Shown one piece after another: positions 1 through 9,890 of a DNA stretch of 64,000 bases. The notes below the pieces were generated by a model. The model searched no databases, was not told the DNA's origin, and was given only the letters and a program-made list of their open reading frames with translations. The stretch comes from an uncultured virus (IMG/VR IMGVR_UViG_3300000255_000001) (taxonomy: Duplodnaviria; Heunggongvirae; Uroviricota; Caudoviricetes). The position numbers and the translations under genes are program-made. How positions within the stretch are numbered: position 1 is the first letter of the stretch; the number at the start of each line of letters is the position of its first letter. Location: IMG/VR virus record IMGVR_UViG_3300000255_000001, one strand, 5' to 3'.

Positions 1-2
1 TA

Positions 3-500
3 CATGTTACAAATCCAGGATTTAGTGGTGATATTTCTGGTGCCACACAAGCTAATCCTGTAGTAATTACTACAATCACGGCACATAATTTAATTGATAG
101 TACAAAAGTACAAATTGTCAATTTGCCAGGTTATGGTTATTCATATGATGAATTTATATATGATTTAGGAAGTATGCCTGAATTGAATGGTAATATATAT
201 TATGTAGATGTTATTGATTCAACATCATTTGCTTTATATACAGACGTAGCATTAGCAACTGCGGTAGATGGTACAGGGTATACAGCATATACGTCGGGTG
301 GACAATTTATAGGTACAGATCTATTATTAACACCAGTTAAAGATTATGTGGCGCAATTTAACCAAATAGAGTATACTACAATACCATTAAATAACGTAAA
401 ATATCACGTGATTTATAGAAAGTATGCACCGAGAACATATTCAAAAGTTGGAGAAAACGATAAATACTTGAAATTCCCACAGACAGGAGTGTATGAATAA
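3..500 (+). CDS. 3' part of a virion structural protein with an FCCH-like beta repeat (5'-truncated by window edge)
   Basis: Frame is open from base 3 (HVTNPGFSGDISGATQANPVVIT...). The ATQANPVVIT...MPELNG..YYV...TSFALY repeat recurs in the next gene. Confidence 0.6.
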   Translation, partial: HVTNPGFSGDISGATQANPVVITTITAHNLIDSTKVQIVNLPGYGYSYDEFIYDLGSMPELNGNIYYVDVIDSTSFALYTDVALATAVDGTGYTAYTSGGQFIGTDLLLTPVKDYVAQFNQIEYTTIPLNNVKYHVIYRKYAPRTYSKVGENDKYLKFPQTGVYE

Positions 501-2600
501 ATGGCAAGTTCAATAAACCCTAGTAATATTGACGGAACATATCCAGTAGCTGGTCAAGATAATGACAGTCAAGGATTTAGAGACAATTTTACAAATATAA
601 AAACAAATTTTACGGCGGCAAAGACGGAAATAGAGACGTTACAAACGTCTTCAGTTACGTTAAGTGCAACGAACGATTTTAACTTTACTGGTACAATCAG
701 TGAAGCATTAATGAAAAATAATGCCGATGTAGTAAATGCATTAGGCACAGTTGGTGGCGCTGTAACATTAGACCACGCAACAGCAATAATCCATACTGCT
801 ACATTAAATGCAAGCGGCACATTAGCATTTAGTAACTGGCCAGCGTCAGGAAAAGGTGGCAGAATGCGTTTTATTGTTACAATTGCTAATGTAGCACATA
901 CGCTAACCTTGCCGTCGGCTGTTACATTAGGTGCAACGACTGTCCAAGGGATTAGTTCACTAGTAATTACTTTTCCAGCAACTGGAACATACATTTACGA
1001 TTTTAGTTCAATAGATGGTGGCACAATTGTGCTAGTAGAAGATAAAACACAGAGTGATTCAGCACTAGGTAACTTGCAAGTTTCAGGTAATGCAATTAGT
1101 GCTATTAATACAAACGGTGGTATTACACTTACTCCAAACGGAACCGGTGTAGTTGCTACAGATAATTTAAGTTTTGATGCTGGTACAGTTGCCACAACAA
1201 ACACCAATGGTAATTTAACACTAGCACCAAATGGTACAGGTACAGTTGATTTAAGTGGCGCAACAGCGACTATTTCAACATCAACTACTGACCAAGCATT
1301 AGCACTTGCACCAAATGGTACAGGCACAGTAACGGTTCCAGCAGGTTATAAGGACCGTGCAGGACATGGTGCCAACTCCCTGACGACAAAGCAATACGTA
1401 GATGCTACTGTCGCAGGTGGGTCAATTGCAAATATTCCTTTGCGCCATGGTGTCACTATCGGAATGATGGGTGCTACGGTAGCAAATCCAGTAGTAATTA
1501 CAACATCTGATGGTTCAACAAGAAGTATAACAGCTGCTACACAAGCAAATCCAGTAGTAATAACAGCAGGCACTCACAACTTGTCAGATAGAGATAGAGT
1601 TCAAATCACAAGCGTTGTAGGTATGACACAACTAAATGATCTTGATTTTTACGTTGATGTTCTTAATTCTACTACGTTTGCTTTGTATACTGATATCTGG
1701 TTATCAAATGGTATTAATGGTACTGGTTATGGTGCATACATCTCAGGCGGTGAAGTTGACAAATTCCAAGAATATGATCTAGACGATGGTGCCAAGATTT
1801 CGATTGCCGGTGTTGTAGGTATGACAGAACTGAATAGTAACACGTACTATGCCAAACGGGTAACATCAACAACGTTTCAACTATACACTGATTTAGGATT
1901 AACAACAACTGCCGATGGCTCAGCGTTTACAGCATACACATCAGGTGGTGTAATATCATTACAAGAACAAATTGATACAGGCGATACACTTACAATTTCA
2001 GGCGGTACAAATGTTAGTGTAAACGTTGATACTGACAAATTTACAGTTAATTTAGACGCTGATGTATTTGGTTTGAATTCATTACAAACCGATGTGTTAG
2101 AATTAACAACTGCTGGTACTCCGACAATCCAAACACCTGCTTCATCAAATGCAAATATTGCTTTAAATCCGAATGGCTCAGGCACGTTGTTAATTGGTGG
2201 TACCGTACCAACAATTACTACCTCGTCAGGAGATTTAAAATTAGATTCAAATGCAGGTGACATTGTGTTTGATGCTGATATTGAGATGACAAGTAGTAGT
2301 AACGGCACAATTAAAACTGCTGGCACCAACCAAAATATTGTTTTAGATCCTAACGGTACTGGGAAAATTAGTATTGATGGTAATGGCACTGATGCTACCA
2401 TAACAACAAACAATACTAATGAGGCTCTTGCACTTGCACCAAATGGTACAGGTGGAATTAAACTAGCAGTTCATGCGGCAACATATGTGACAACTTCTGC
2501 AACAACAGGTGCGGCATCTTCGTTACCAACTGACCCTGCAGGATACTTATTGATTGAGATTAACGGTGCTAACGCAAAGATTCCTTATTATAATGTATAA
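501..2600 (+). CDS. tail fibre/baseplate-associated structural protein
   Basis: 699 aa, rich in T/G/N/A. Many L(A/T/N/D)PNGTG repeats and two FCCH-like repeats. N-terminal PVAGQDNDSQGFRDNF is typical of jumbo-phage tail proteins. Confidence 0.65.
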   Translation: MASSINPSNIDGTYPVAGQDNDSQGFRDNFTNIKTNFTAAKTEIETLQTSSVTLSATNDFNFTGTISEALMKNNADVVNALGTVGGAVTLDHATAIIHTATLNASGTLAFSNWPASGKGGRMRFIVTIANVAHTLTLPSAVTLGATTVQGISSLVITFPATGTYIYDFSSIDGGTIVLVEDKTQSDSALGNLQVSGNAISAINTNGGITLTPNGTGVVATDNLSFDAGTVATTNTNGNLTLAPNGTGTVDLSGATATISTSTTDQALALAPNGTGTVTVPAGYKDRAGHGANSLTTKQYVDATVAGGSIANIPLRHGVTIGMMGATVANPVVITTSDGSTRSITAATQANPVVITAGTHNLSDRDRVQITSVVGMTQLNDLDFYVDVLNSTTFALYTDIWLSNGINGTGYGAYISGGEVDKFQEYDLDDGAKISIAGVVGMTELNSNTYYAKRVTSTTFQLYTDLGLTTTADGSAFTAYTSGGVISLQEQIDTGDTLTISGGTNVSVNVDTDKFTVNLDADVFGLNSLQTDVLELTTAGTPTIQTPASSNANIALNPNGSGTLLIGGTVPTITTSSGDLKLDSNAGDIVFDADIEMTSSSNGTIKTAGTNQNIVLDPNGTGKISIDGNGTDATITTNNTNEALALAPNGTGGIKLAVHAATYVTTSATTGAASSLPTDPAGYLLIEINGANAKIPYYNV

Positions 2601-2623
2601 TAGAATCTAGATAGGTTAAAATT

Positions 2624-3007
2624 ATGAAAGTTTTAGATATAACAAAATTACGAGAATTAGCAGGCTTACCAATAGAAGAAGCTATGATATCCGGTGATTG
2701 GGAAAATTTGGGTATAACAAATGACGATCTGGAACCAGATGATGCTTTTGGTGGAGGAGCATGGTCAGTTGGCCGTGGTGGTCCGAATTCGCAATTCTTT
2801 TGGTTCAAAGAACAAGATACCGGCACTCATTTTGCTACAGTCACTGATATAGGTAATGGTACTTGGAAGATTGAAGATGGTGATGGCCGTGTGATTGGGG
2901 ATGCCGGAATAACATCATGGGACGAAGTAGAAAGTATTGTTGGAAAAATGTTCTTGGGCCCAAGATCCGCACATGATGAAACCCCATCGGCTGAAGAATA
3001 TAGGTAA
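2624..3007 (+). CDS. hypothetical acidic protein, possible head-associated protein
   Basis: 127-aa ORF with N-terminal LRELAGL motif. Confidence 0.5.
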   Translation: MKVLDITKLRELAGLPIEEAMISGDWENLGITNDDLEPDDAFGGGAWSVGRGGPNSQFFWFKEQDTGTHFATVTDIGNGTWKIEDGDGRVIGDAGITSWDEVESIVGKMFLGPRSAHDETPSAEEYR

Positions 3008-3029
3008 TACTAACTTATAGGAATCTATT

Positions 3030-3917
3030 ATGACCGACGCCTACAAAGACGCCGGTGTAGACATTGCTAAAGCAGATCAATTAGTTAAACAACTTGGCTT
3101 TTCTGACTATGGAGCCGTTATCAATCTCGGCGACACTAAAATAGTCCTCAGCACCGACGGCGTAGGAACAAAAATACTAGTAGCAGAGCAATTAAACGTT
3201 TTTGATACCATTGGTATTGATTTAGTTGCTATGTGTGCCAACGACATTCTATGTCACGGCGCAAAACCTCATTCATTCTTAGACTATTACGCAATGGGTA
3301 GTCTTAATTTAGAAAAAAGTAAAGAAATACTATCTGGTATACAAACAGGATGTGAATTAGCAGGATGTAAATTAGTTGGTGGCGAGACTGCTGAGATGCC
3401 TGACGTATATGAAGGGGATAAGTTTGACCTTGCTGGATTCTGTATGGGCGTTGTTATAGATGAGTTACCTAAAAAAGACTTAATGAAAGAAGGTGATGTT
3501 ATCATTGGTATCCCTAGCAGTGGCCCACATAGTAACGGATATAGTTTGTTACGTCAATTATATGGTGGAATTTATCATATAAACATTTTAAGACCAACTC
3601 GCATTTATACTGACGATGTTTTACCCATTTTACCACTTATTAAAGGTGCGGCTCACATTACAGGAGGTGGAATTCACGGTAATTTGCCTCGAATACTGCC
3701 AGATCACTTAAATTACAATATCAATATTGAATTAAAAGACTGGTGGTCAGCATTGTTCACTTCTACCCAAAATTTTCCCATGAATATGAGCAAACACGAG
3801 TTTGAATGTGTGTTTAATTGTGGCTGGGGTATGTTATTAGTGGTAGATGTTGAGAATATAGATCAAATATCGGAAAAAGTGACTGATTCGGCTGTGCTGG
3901 GCACTTTGACTGCTTGA
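3030..3917 (+). CDS. purM: phosphoribosylformylglycinamidine cyclo-ligase (AIR synthetase)
   Basis: YKDAGVDI, STDGVGTK, GIDLVAMCAND, GGETAEMP, SSGPHSNGYSL, AHITGGG, FNCG.G. Confidence 0.95.
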   Translation: MTDAYKDAGVDIAKADQLVKQLGFSDYGAVINLGDTKIVLSTDGVGTKILVAEQLNVFDTIGIDLVAMCANDILCHGAKPHSFLDYYAMGSLNLEKSKEILSGIQTGCELAGCKLVGGETAEMPDVYEGDKFDLAGFCMGVVIDELPKKDLMKEGDVIIGIPSSGPHSNGYSLLRQLYGGIYHINILRPTRIYTDDVLPILPLIKGAAHITGGGIHGNLPRILPDHLNYNINIELKDWWSALFTSTQNFPMNMSKHEFECVFNCGWGMLLVVDVENIDQISEKVTDSAVLGTLTA

Positions 3918-3942
3918 CATTTGCCCCTTTCTGTAGTATAAT
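3914..3942 (+). promoter_or_regulatory. sigma70-type promoter
   Basis: TTGACA-N17-TATAAT, with ATG 6 nt after the -10. Confidence 0.8.
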
Positions 3943-3948
3943 ATGTTA

Positions 3949-4527
3949 ATGAAATATATACTCGCAATACTTCTATGTATAATGATACCATCAGCATCTT
4001 GGTCAGATATAAGCGATCCGACAAATGGTATAAAAATTTATAATATTGTTGAGAATACAATTAAAAAATTGGAAGGTAGATTTCCTACTCCTGTGGAATT
4101 TGATGTTTCGTGGAATATAGAATTAAGACATGCAGACGAAATAAAGCATTCTTGGTGTAAAACTAAATCTAAAAGTGTTACTAGTATAAAATTTAAAGAT
4201 TGTATGCAAAAGGATGCAGTAGAATCATATTATGATATAGGTAGAAGCACATTAATTCTTAAAAAAACTTTATTACTTGATGATGCATATGACGTAGGCA
4301 GTATAATACATGAAGTAGTACATTATGTTCAACATAGACACGGACTGACGCGCCGCGGTAGTTATTCTTTATGTGTTGCGTTACTAGAATATCAAGCAAT
4401 GATTATTGAACAAGAATTAATAACTGACTCGGGTTTATATATACCTTCATGGTATAGTAATTATTTGAATAAATGGAAGAATAAATTTCAAAACCAATTA
4501 ACTGATAAACCTAATTGTAAACTGTGA
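3949..4527 (+). CDS. secreted protein with HExxH zincin-like motif
   Basis: Signal peptide MKYILAILLCIMIPSASWS and IIHEVVHYVQ. Start set at 3949 because 3943 abuts the -10 box. Confidence 0.55.
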   Translation: MKYILAILLCIMIPSASWSDISDPTNGIKIYNIVENTIKKLEGRFPTPVEFDVSWNIELRHADEIKHSWCKTKSKSVTSIKFKDCMQKDAVESYYDIGRSTLILKKTLLLDDAYDVGSIIHEVVHYVQHRHGLTRRGSYSLCVALLEYQAMIIEQELITDSGLYIPSWYSNYLNKWKNKFQNQLTDKPNCKL

Positions 4528-4538
4528 GGTAATTAAAT

Positions 4539-4775
4539 ATGTATAATCCATTAGTAACAGGCGTAACTGATCTTTCTGATGATGAATTGCTTGCAAAAAT
4601 AAATGAATTAAATTCTAAAATGGGGCAAGCAAGTTCTGCGGGTATGTTTAGTGCTATAAATCAAATGGTCGTAATATTAAATGAATACCAAGAAGAAATG
4701 ACCCGTCGACATGCAAAATCTATGGAAGAAGGTAAAGAGAAGTATGACGAATTAATTGATGTAAATAAAAATTAA
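4539..4775 (+). CDS. hypothetical coiled-coil protein
   Basis: 78-aa ORF with SD GAGG, TAATG-coupled to next gene. Confidence 0.6.
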   Translation: MYNPLVTGVTDLSDDELLAKINELNSKMGQASSAGMFSAINQMVVILNEYQEEMTRRHAKSMEEGKEKYDELIDVNKN

Positions 4776-5284
4776 TGATGAATAAATTTGGCGATTACGT
4801 ATTAAATGAAAAGGAAGTAGTCAACGTTTTATACAATAATCCCAACGTTGATTTAACTAAACTTAACATCACTGATGTTGAGAAGTTTAATGATGCGATT
4901 GCTAATTTGTATTTGCCCAATGAAAAACTTGAACAATATACAGAGCCAAATGTTAGTGTTGAAGAATTTGATAAACAATATCAGCAAAACTGGTATATGC
5001 CTCAAGAGTATAAAGAATTAGATATTGCTGAATATTTGTTAAATCTATGTCAAACTGATGCAGAATTGCAACGTGTAGGACTTGAACTATTAGAGTATCA
5101 GAAGATAGATTTCTTTGATGCTTTGTGTTTTTTAAAGTATTTTGTAGACACTATGCGTGATAATAATATAGTATGGGGTGTAGGTAGGGGTAGTAGTGTG
5201 GCAAGTTATGTTTTATATTTGTTAGGTATTCATAAGATTGACAGTATAAAATATAATTTATCACCAGATGAATTCTTTAAATAA
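4775..5284 (+). CDS. DNA polymerase III alpha (DnaE)-like fragment
   Basis: R...EL...........LKYFVDTMRDNNIVWGVGRGSSVASYVLYLLGIHKID matches the DnaE GxGRGS region. Ends before the PDxDxD motif. Confidence 0.75.
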   Translation: MMNKFGDYVLNEKEVVNVLYNNPNVDLTKLNITDVEKFNDAIANLYLPNEKLEQYTEPNVSVEEFDKQYQQNWYMPQEYKELDIAEYLLNLCQTDAELQRVGLELLEYQKIDFFDALCFLKYFVDTMRDNNIVWGVGRGSSVASYVLYLLGIHKIDSIKYNLSPDEFFK

Positions 5285-5321
5285 ATATAATATATGTATA
5301 TAATGTGAGGGAAAAATTAAA

Positions 5322-5855
5322 ATGGCACAAAATACAGGACGAAAAACTTACAGAACAGCCGCCGGGAAACACCTTGATATGGAAGCAATGTTGCTACATA
5401 ATGAAGAGGCGATAGCAGTTGGTAATAATCCAGTAAATGCTCGTGGTGATGAAATAGGCCCAGGGGGCGAAGTAATACGGACCAATTCTGAACTAGTTCA
5501 AGAATACTATTCAAATAACCCAAATGCTGTACAAAAGTCTCAACCAATAGGGTCCATTACTGAAGATTTAATTCCAGATGATTTAAAAAATCCAGCAACT
5601 GTAACACCAGCAATGAGTGTTGAAGAGCAACCAGCACCGGAAGTATCATCAACACCGAAGCAAACACCGGCACCACCTGCTATATCAGCAGACCCAACTG
5701 TTGTTGCTGATGAGGCAACGCAGTCTGCTTTAGAAAAGAAAATCAAAAAGGCGGCGGCCAAAGCAAAAAATAAGGCTCAAGAAGAAAAAGCAGAAGCAGA
5801 AGCAAAATTACCTAAGGCGGTTACAGGCGCGTTGGATAATCTCGATTTAGGATAA
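5322..5855 (+). CDS. hypothetical phage protein
   Basis: 177-aa ORF with AVGN..VNARGDEIGPGG and a Pro/Ala/Lys-rich tail. Confidence 0.6.
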   Translation: MAQNTGRKTYRTAAGKHLDMEAMLLHNEEAIAVGNNPVNARGDEIGPGGEVIRTNSELVQEYYSNNPNAVQKSQPIGSITEDLIPDDLKNPATVTPAMSVEEQPAPEVSSTPKQTPAPPAISADPTVVADEATQSALEKKIKKAAAKAKNKAQEEKAEAEAKLPKAVTGALDNLDLG

Positions 5856-5865
5856 GGAGTCCAAA

Positions 5866-6267
5866 ATGGAATGGAATGATGTTCAATTATTTTCAACATA
5901 TCAATTAAGTGGTGAGTTGCGAGCAATTCAAGATAGAATTGTTGTAGAAGAATTAAAAACTGGTGAAACTATCACTAAAACTGGCATTGTTATTCCAGAT
6001 GATAACGCAATAGAACGTGGCATTCGTCCACGTTGGGGGAAAGTATACCGCATTGGCCCGCTACAACATGAAGTATCGCAGGGCCAATGGATACTTGTTG
6101 AACATGGCCGTTGGACACGTGGTTTAAAAGTTCGCACAGTAGATGGCGAAGAAAAAACTATACGAATGGTTGACCCAGAAGAAATTTTACTTATAAGTGA
6201 TGAGCGTCCACCAGAACATGAACAATATGGCATTGGTGAAAATACAGTAATTGATACTAGTGTATAA
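5866..6267 (+). CDS. groES: GroES-like co-chaperonin
   Basis: LRAIQDRIVV, TKTGIVIPD mobile loop, GKVYRIGP, EEILLI. Confidence 0.8.
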   Translation: MEWNDVQLFSTYQLSGELRAIQDRIVVEELKTGETITKTGIVIPDDNAIERGIRPRWGKVYRIGPLQHEVSQGQWILVEHGRWTRGLKVRTVDGEEKTIRMVDPEEILLISDERPPEHEQYGIGENTVIDTSV

Positions 6268-6270
6268 TAT

Positions 6271-6299
6271 TTGACAAATGCCTAGATGAGTAGTATAAT
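6271..6299 (+). promoter_or_regulatory. sigma70-type promoter
   Basis: TTGACA-N17-TATAAT, with ATG 6 nt downstream. Confidence 0.8.
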
Positions 6300-6305
6300 A
6301 AGCAT

Positions 6306-6611
6306 ATGAAAGGTAAATTTTTAGTAATTCAATATGCAGGGAAACCAGCAGATCCTAGTCAAACGTCAAAGAAAGGTTATCTTAAAGAAAACCTAGTATA
6401 TGATGAGAAGGTAAGCATAACAAATAAATTACGAGATAAAGATTTTATTAGTGCTACCGTTGTATTAGATTTAGAAAACAAAAAGATATTGCGGCGTAGC
6501 AAGATACATGATATATCAGACGATTATGACTTTCTCTTTGATTATTATTATCAAAATTACAAAGATCACATAGACAAATTCCTAGGCACTAATGAAAAAA
6601 CTGTGGACTGA
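6306..6611 (+). CDS. hypothetical protein
   Basis: 101-aa ORF behind a consensus promoter. Confidence 0.6.
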   Translation: MKGKFLVIQYAGKPADPSQTSKKGYLKENLVYDEKVSITNKLRDKDFISATVVLDLENKKILRRSKIHDISDDYDFLFDYYYQNYKDHIDKFLGTNEKTVD

Positions 6612-7515
6612 ACAATACAGGCCAACTGACATAGACTCTTATGTATTTCGTGATGAAAGTCAACGAAAACAAGTTAAGGGTTGGATTAAAAGTGGGGCAA
6701 TCCCACATTTATTGTTTAGTGGCGCGGCTGGTGTTGGCAAAACAACGTTGGCAAAAATACTAATTACAGCACTTGACATTGACCAATATGATATGCTAGA
6801 GATTAATGCTAGTAGGGAAAACTCTGTAGATAGTATTAGAGATAAAGTAACAGGCTTTGTTAGCACATTGCCATTTGGTGAATTTAAAATTGTATTGCTT
6901 GATGAGGCAGACTATATGTCTCCCAACGGACAGGCGGCATTGCGTGGTGTTATGGAAACATATCACGACACAGCACGTTTTATTTTAACTTGTAATTATC
7001 CACATAAAGTTATTCCAGCATTACACAGTAGATGTCAAGGCTTTCACATTGATAAAATTGATCCAACAGAGTTTACTGCGAGAGTAGCACACATAATGTT
7101 GGAGGAAAGCGTTGAGTTTGAACTTGATGTGTTAGACAATTATGTAAAAGCAACTTATCCAGATTTGCGTAAGTGTATTAACTTACTACAAATGAATAGC
7201 ACTACAGGCAAACTTGTATCTCCGCATAGTGAAGATGCTGGCATTAGTGACTATAAAATTGATATGGTAGAGTTAGTTAAAAAAGGTCAGTATAGAGAGG
7301 CACGTGAATTATTGTGTAAGCAAATACGCCCAGATGAGATTGACGACATGTATCGTTGGATGTATGATAATTTGGAGTTGTGGTCAGATAATCCTGACGG
7401 CACGGATAAAGCAATTTTAATTATACGTAAGGGATTAGTTAATCACACATTAGCCGCTGATCCAGAGATTAATTTAAGTGCAACACTTGTAGAGTTATCT
7501 CAAATTAACTCTTAA
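6592..7515 (+). CDS. clamp loader AAA+ subunit (RFC small/T4 gp44-like)
   Basis: WTEQYRP, PHLLFSGAAGVGKTT, LEINAS, LLDEAD, SRC motif, PDLRKCIN. Confidence 0.92.
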   Translation: MKKLWTEQYRPTDIDSYVFRDESQRKQVKGWIKSGAIPHLLFSGAAGVGKTTLAKILITALDIDQYDMLEINASRENSVDSIRDKVTGFVSTLPFGEFKIVLLDEADYMSPNGQAALRGVMETYHDTARFILTCNYPHKVIPALHSRCQGFHIDKIDPTEFTARVAHIMLEESVEFELDVLDNYVKATYPDLRKCINLLQMNSTTGKLVSPHSEDAGISDYKIDMVELVKKGQYREARELLCKQIRPDEIDDMYRWMYDNLELWSDNPDGTDKAILIIRKGLVNHTLAADPEINLSATLVELSQINS

Positions 7516-7928
7516 TTATAACCACCACTACCACGGCTACTACTATTCTGTGCCATCCACTCAAATATCTTTTCATGTTGTTTCATAATTTCTCGATCAA
7601 CTTCACGTAATGTTCTAATTTCTTCTCTGAGTTGATCAACTTTAAAGCCTAAAACGTCTAGTCCTGAAATGGCCTCTTCGTTTTCTTGTATGTCTTTAAT
7701 TGCTTGTATATTGTTATGAATCGCGATTCCACATTTCTGTGCCTCTGCTTCCAATGCAGGTATTGCTTGACCTTGTATACTTGCAAGTCGTGTTACTTCT
7801 GAATTTAATCCAGACATCCACCAAATGAATCCACCTGCTTGAACTAAAAAGGCCACTGCCATTGATAGTATAAGTCCCTTGTTTATAGAATTGTCGCTAG
7901 AGCGACGATTCATAGAATTATCCGCCAT
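7512..7928 (-). CDS. membrane-anchored coiled-coil protein
   Basis: N-terminal TM helix then heptads. SD GGAG and a TAAATA motif upstream. Confidence 0.6.
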   Translation of the reverse strand: MADNSMNRRSSDNSINKGLILSMAVAFLVQAGGFIWWMSGLNSEVTRLASIQGQAIPALEAEAQKCGIAIHNNIQAIKDIQENEEAISGLDVLGFKVDQLREEIRTLREVDREIMKQHEKIFEWMAQNSSSRGSGGYN

Positions 7929-7965
7929 ATTTCATCTCCCGACGTATTTATTTACTTTATGTATA

Positions 7966-9456
7966 TTATGATATGGTAAGTTTGTTATATGTATCAGTAA
8001 ACCATGTTTCTAAATGGCTGATTTTTCTATATTTCTTATAAAACTCGTGATTCGCTAATATTTGTTTTCTATAGTCAGGAATATTATCTCTTTCTTCATC
8101 ATTTGCTTCTTGTTTTAATGTAAGATTTAAAATTCTAAGCCATTCTAGTAATGGTTGTGATACTGTATCATAAATGTCTATTTCGCCCGATTTAATTTCA
8201 GGCCAAACACGGTCTGTTATTATTTCTTTGCTACAATATTTTGATTGTAGACGTTCATTTATTTCTAGTCTAACAGACAATTCAGCATTTTGAATACGGT
8301 AATATCGTGGTCCATCTAAAGTTATTGGCATAAATCGAATTTGTTTTGGACCATAATCACTTAATAAAAGCATTCTGTAATAGTATTCGATTAAGTTTTC
8401 TAAATCAAATAAATTTAAAAATTGTATAACTGGTACTAATGATACATTCCAATGTTTTAGTTTATTTTCATTAACAAAGTCAACAATTTTTTTAATATTC
8501 TTTTCTATTTGTGTCCATTTTCCTGGGTATCTGATATAATCAAACGCATCACTTACTCCGTCTATACTTAACATTAAATTAACATCACCAAAATGTGCTA
8601 ATAAATTATAAAATTTTAGATTGGCATTTGTACAATTTGTATTACACCACACTTGTATATTTTTAGCTACGTTATTATCTACTAGTGCTTGTAATAATTT
8701 ATAATTGCCTTGTGTTATCGTTGGCTCACCACCAGTGATATATATTCTTTTAGTATCTGATTTAAGTATTTGTTCTAATATGTTTTCAAATACTTTGGTA
8801 TTATTTACCCATTCAAAAGTACCACTCTTGTTATTAACAATAATACGATTTACTTCCGAGTCATCCCATGCCGTACCATGATCAAAATTCCCCCAATCAC
8901 CTAATTTTTTGAATTCAGCATCTATTTGTTCTTTATTACCATCAAACTCTATTTGCATAGTATTATGAGATTTTCTAACTTCTTCATACCATTCTGAACT
9001 ATAATTTGGACTACAACTAATACATTTAAGATTACATAAATTACCAAATCGTATATCATAAATATCAGGTCTTAAATCTGTGATAATATCACTTGGGAAG
9101 TCTGCTGTGTAATGATCATATTCCTTCAGCCTTTTAACACCTGCGCTTATATTTTGAATATCTTCAAGTTCATTTAATCTATTACTGTATCCACTATCTT
9201 CTTCATGCTTATAACAATTATGACACGCGTCAATTTTTACACCATCTAACATTGCTGTTCTAACATCTTGCATGTACTTGTTATTCCATACTTTTTCTAG
9301 AGAATCAGTAGAAATATTTACATTAGTACCATCGTCATTTGTTATAATATTTTGAGCAATACAACATAGTCTCATTTCACCATTAGAATCTACCATTTGT
9401 TCACGCCATGGAACTGGGCAGTAAGTATTTTTATTTTTTTCGTTATATACTGACAT
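7966..9456 (-). CDS. radical SAM protein with N-terminal Twitch/SPASM-like domain
   Basis: CPVPW..G.MRLCC, C..C..E N-terminal domain, CNLKCISC, ITGGEPT. Confidence 0.85.
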   Translation of the reverse strand: MSVYNEKNKNTYCPVPWREQMVDSNGEMRLCCIAQNIITNDDGTNVNISTDSLEKVWNNKYMQDVRTAMLDGVKIDACHNCYKHEEDSGYSNRLNELEDIQNISAGVKRLKEYDHYTADFPSDIITDLRPDIYDIRFGNLCNLKCISCSPNYSSEWYEEVRKSHNTMQIEFDGNKEQIDAEFKKLGDWGNFDHGTAWDDSEVNRIIVNNKSGTFEWVNNTKVFENILEQILKSDTKRIYITGGEPTITQGNYKLLQALVDNNVAKNIQVWCNTNCTNANLKFYNLLAHFGDVNLMLSIDGVSDAFDYIRYPGKWTQIEKNIKKIVDFVNENKLKHWNVSLVPVIQFLNLFDLENLIEYYYRMLLLSDYGPKQIRFMPITLDGPRYYRIQNAELSVRLEINERLQSKYCSKEIITDRVWPEIKSGEIDIYDTVSQPLLEWLRILNLTLKQEANDEERDNIPDYRKQILANHEFYKKYRKISHLETWFTDTYNKLTIS

Positions 9457-9458
9457 AA

Positions 9459-9761
9459 TTATTTTATAGGGATAGTTAAATTACTAAACCCTCTACCGTA
9501 TTTAAGCTGACACAAATTACAGCGACAATTTTTACAATCGCAATTATCACTTCCGCAATGGCCGCTGACGCGTTCGCCTACACCAGCATAACCATGACAC
9601 TTGTGATCACAGGTTTGACACTTTCCTGGATTAGTATGCTTAAGACTGATATGTGCTAATAGTTCTTTCCAAGACCCGGAATGCACACGTTGATTAAACG
9701 GAATTGAATTAAGTCCTTCTCTCAGCAGTGAGTACACCGCATCATATTCATCATCTGTCAT
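9459..9761 (-). CDS. small Cys/His-rich protein
   Basis: CQTCDHKCH...HCGSDNCDCKNCRCNLC. Confidence 0.5.
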   Translation of the reverse strand: MTDDEYDAVYSLLREGLNSIPFNQRVHSGSWKELLAHISLKHTNPGKCQTCDHKCHGYAGVGERVSGHCGSDNCDCKNCRCNLCQLKYGRGFSNLTIPIK

Positions 9762-9890
9762 CGTTATTGAATCACACTTGCCTGTATATTTATTGGAATA
9801 AACTACGATGTTATTATTGTATGGGTTTAATATTAAATATTTGTATCACACAATGTGGAGTGTGAAATAACTTTGCAAGCGAGGTGACTT

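Noticed and set aside
1224..2453. Repeated GCACCAAATGGTACAGG as a DGR or recombination repeat
   Set aside because: It is explained by APNGTG protein repeats. There is no adenine-specific variation and no reverse transcriptase.
569..2826. Minus-strand ORFs antisense to the tail gene, and similar antisense ORFs throughout the window
   Set aside because: They are shadows of well-supported plus-strand genes with no motifs of their own.
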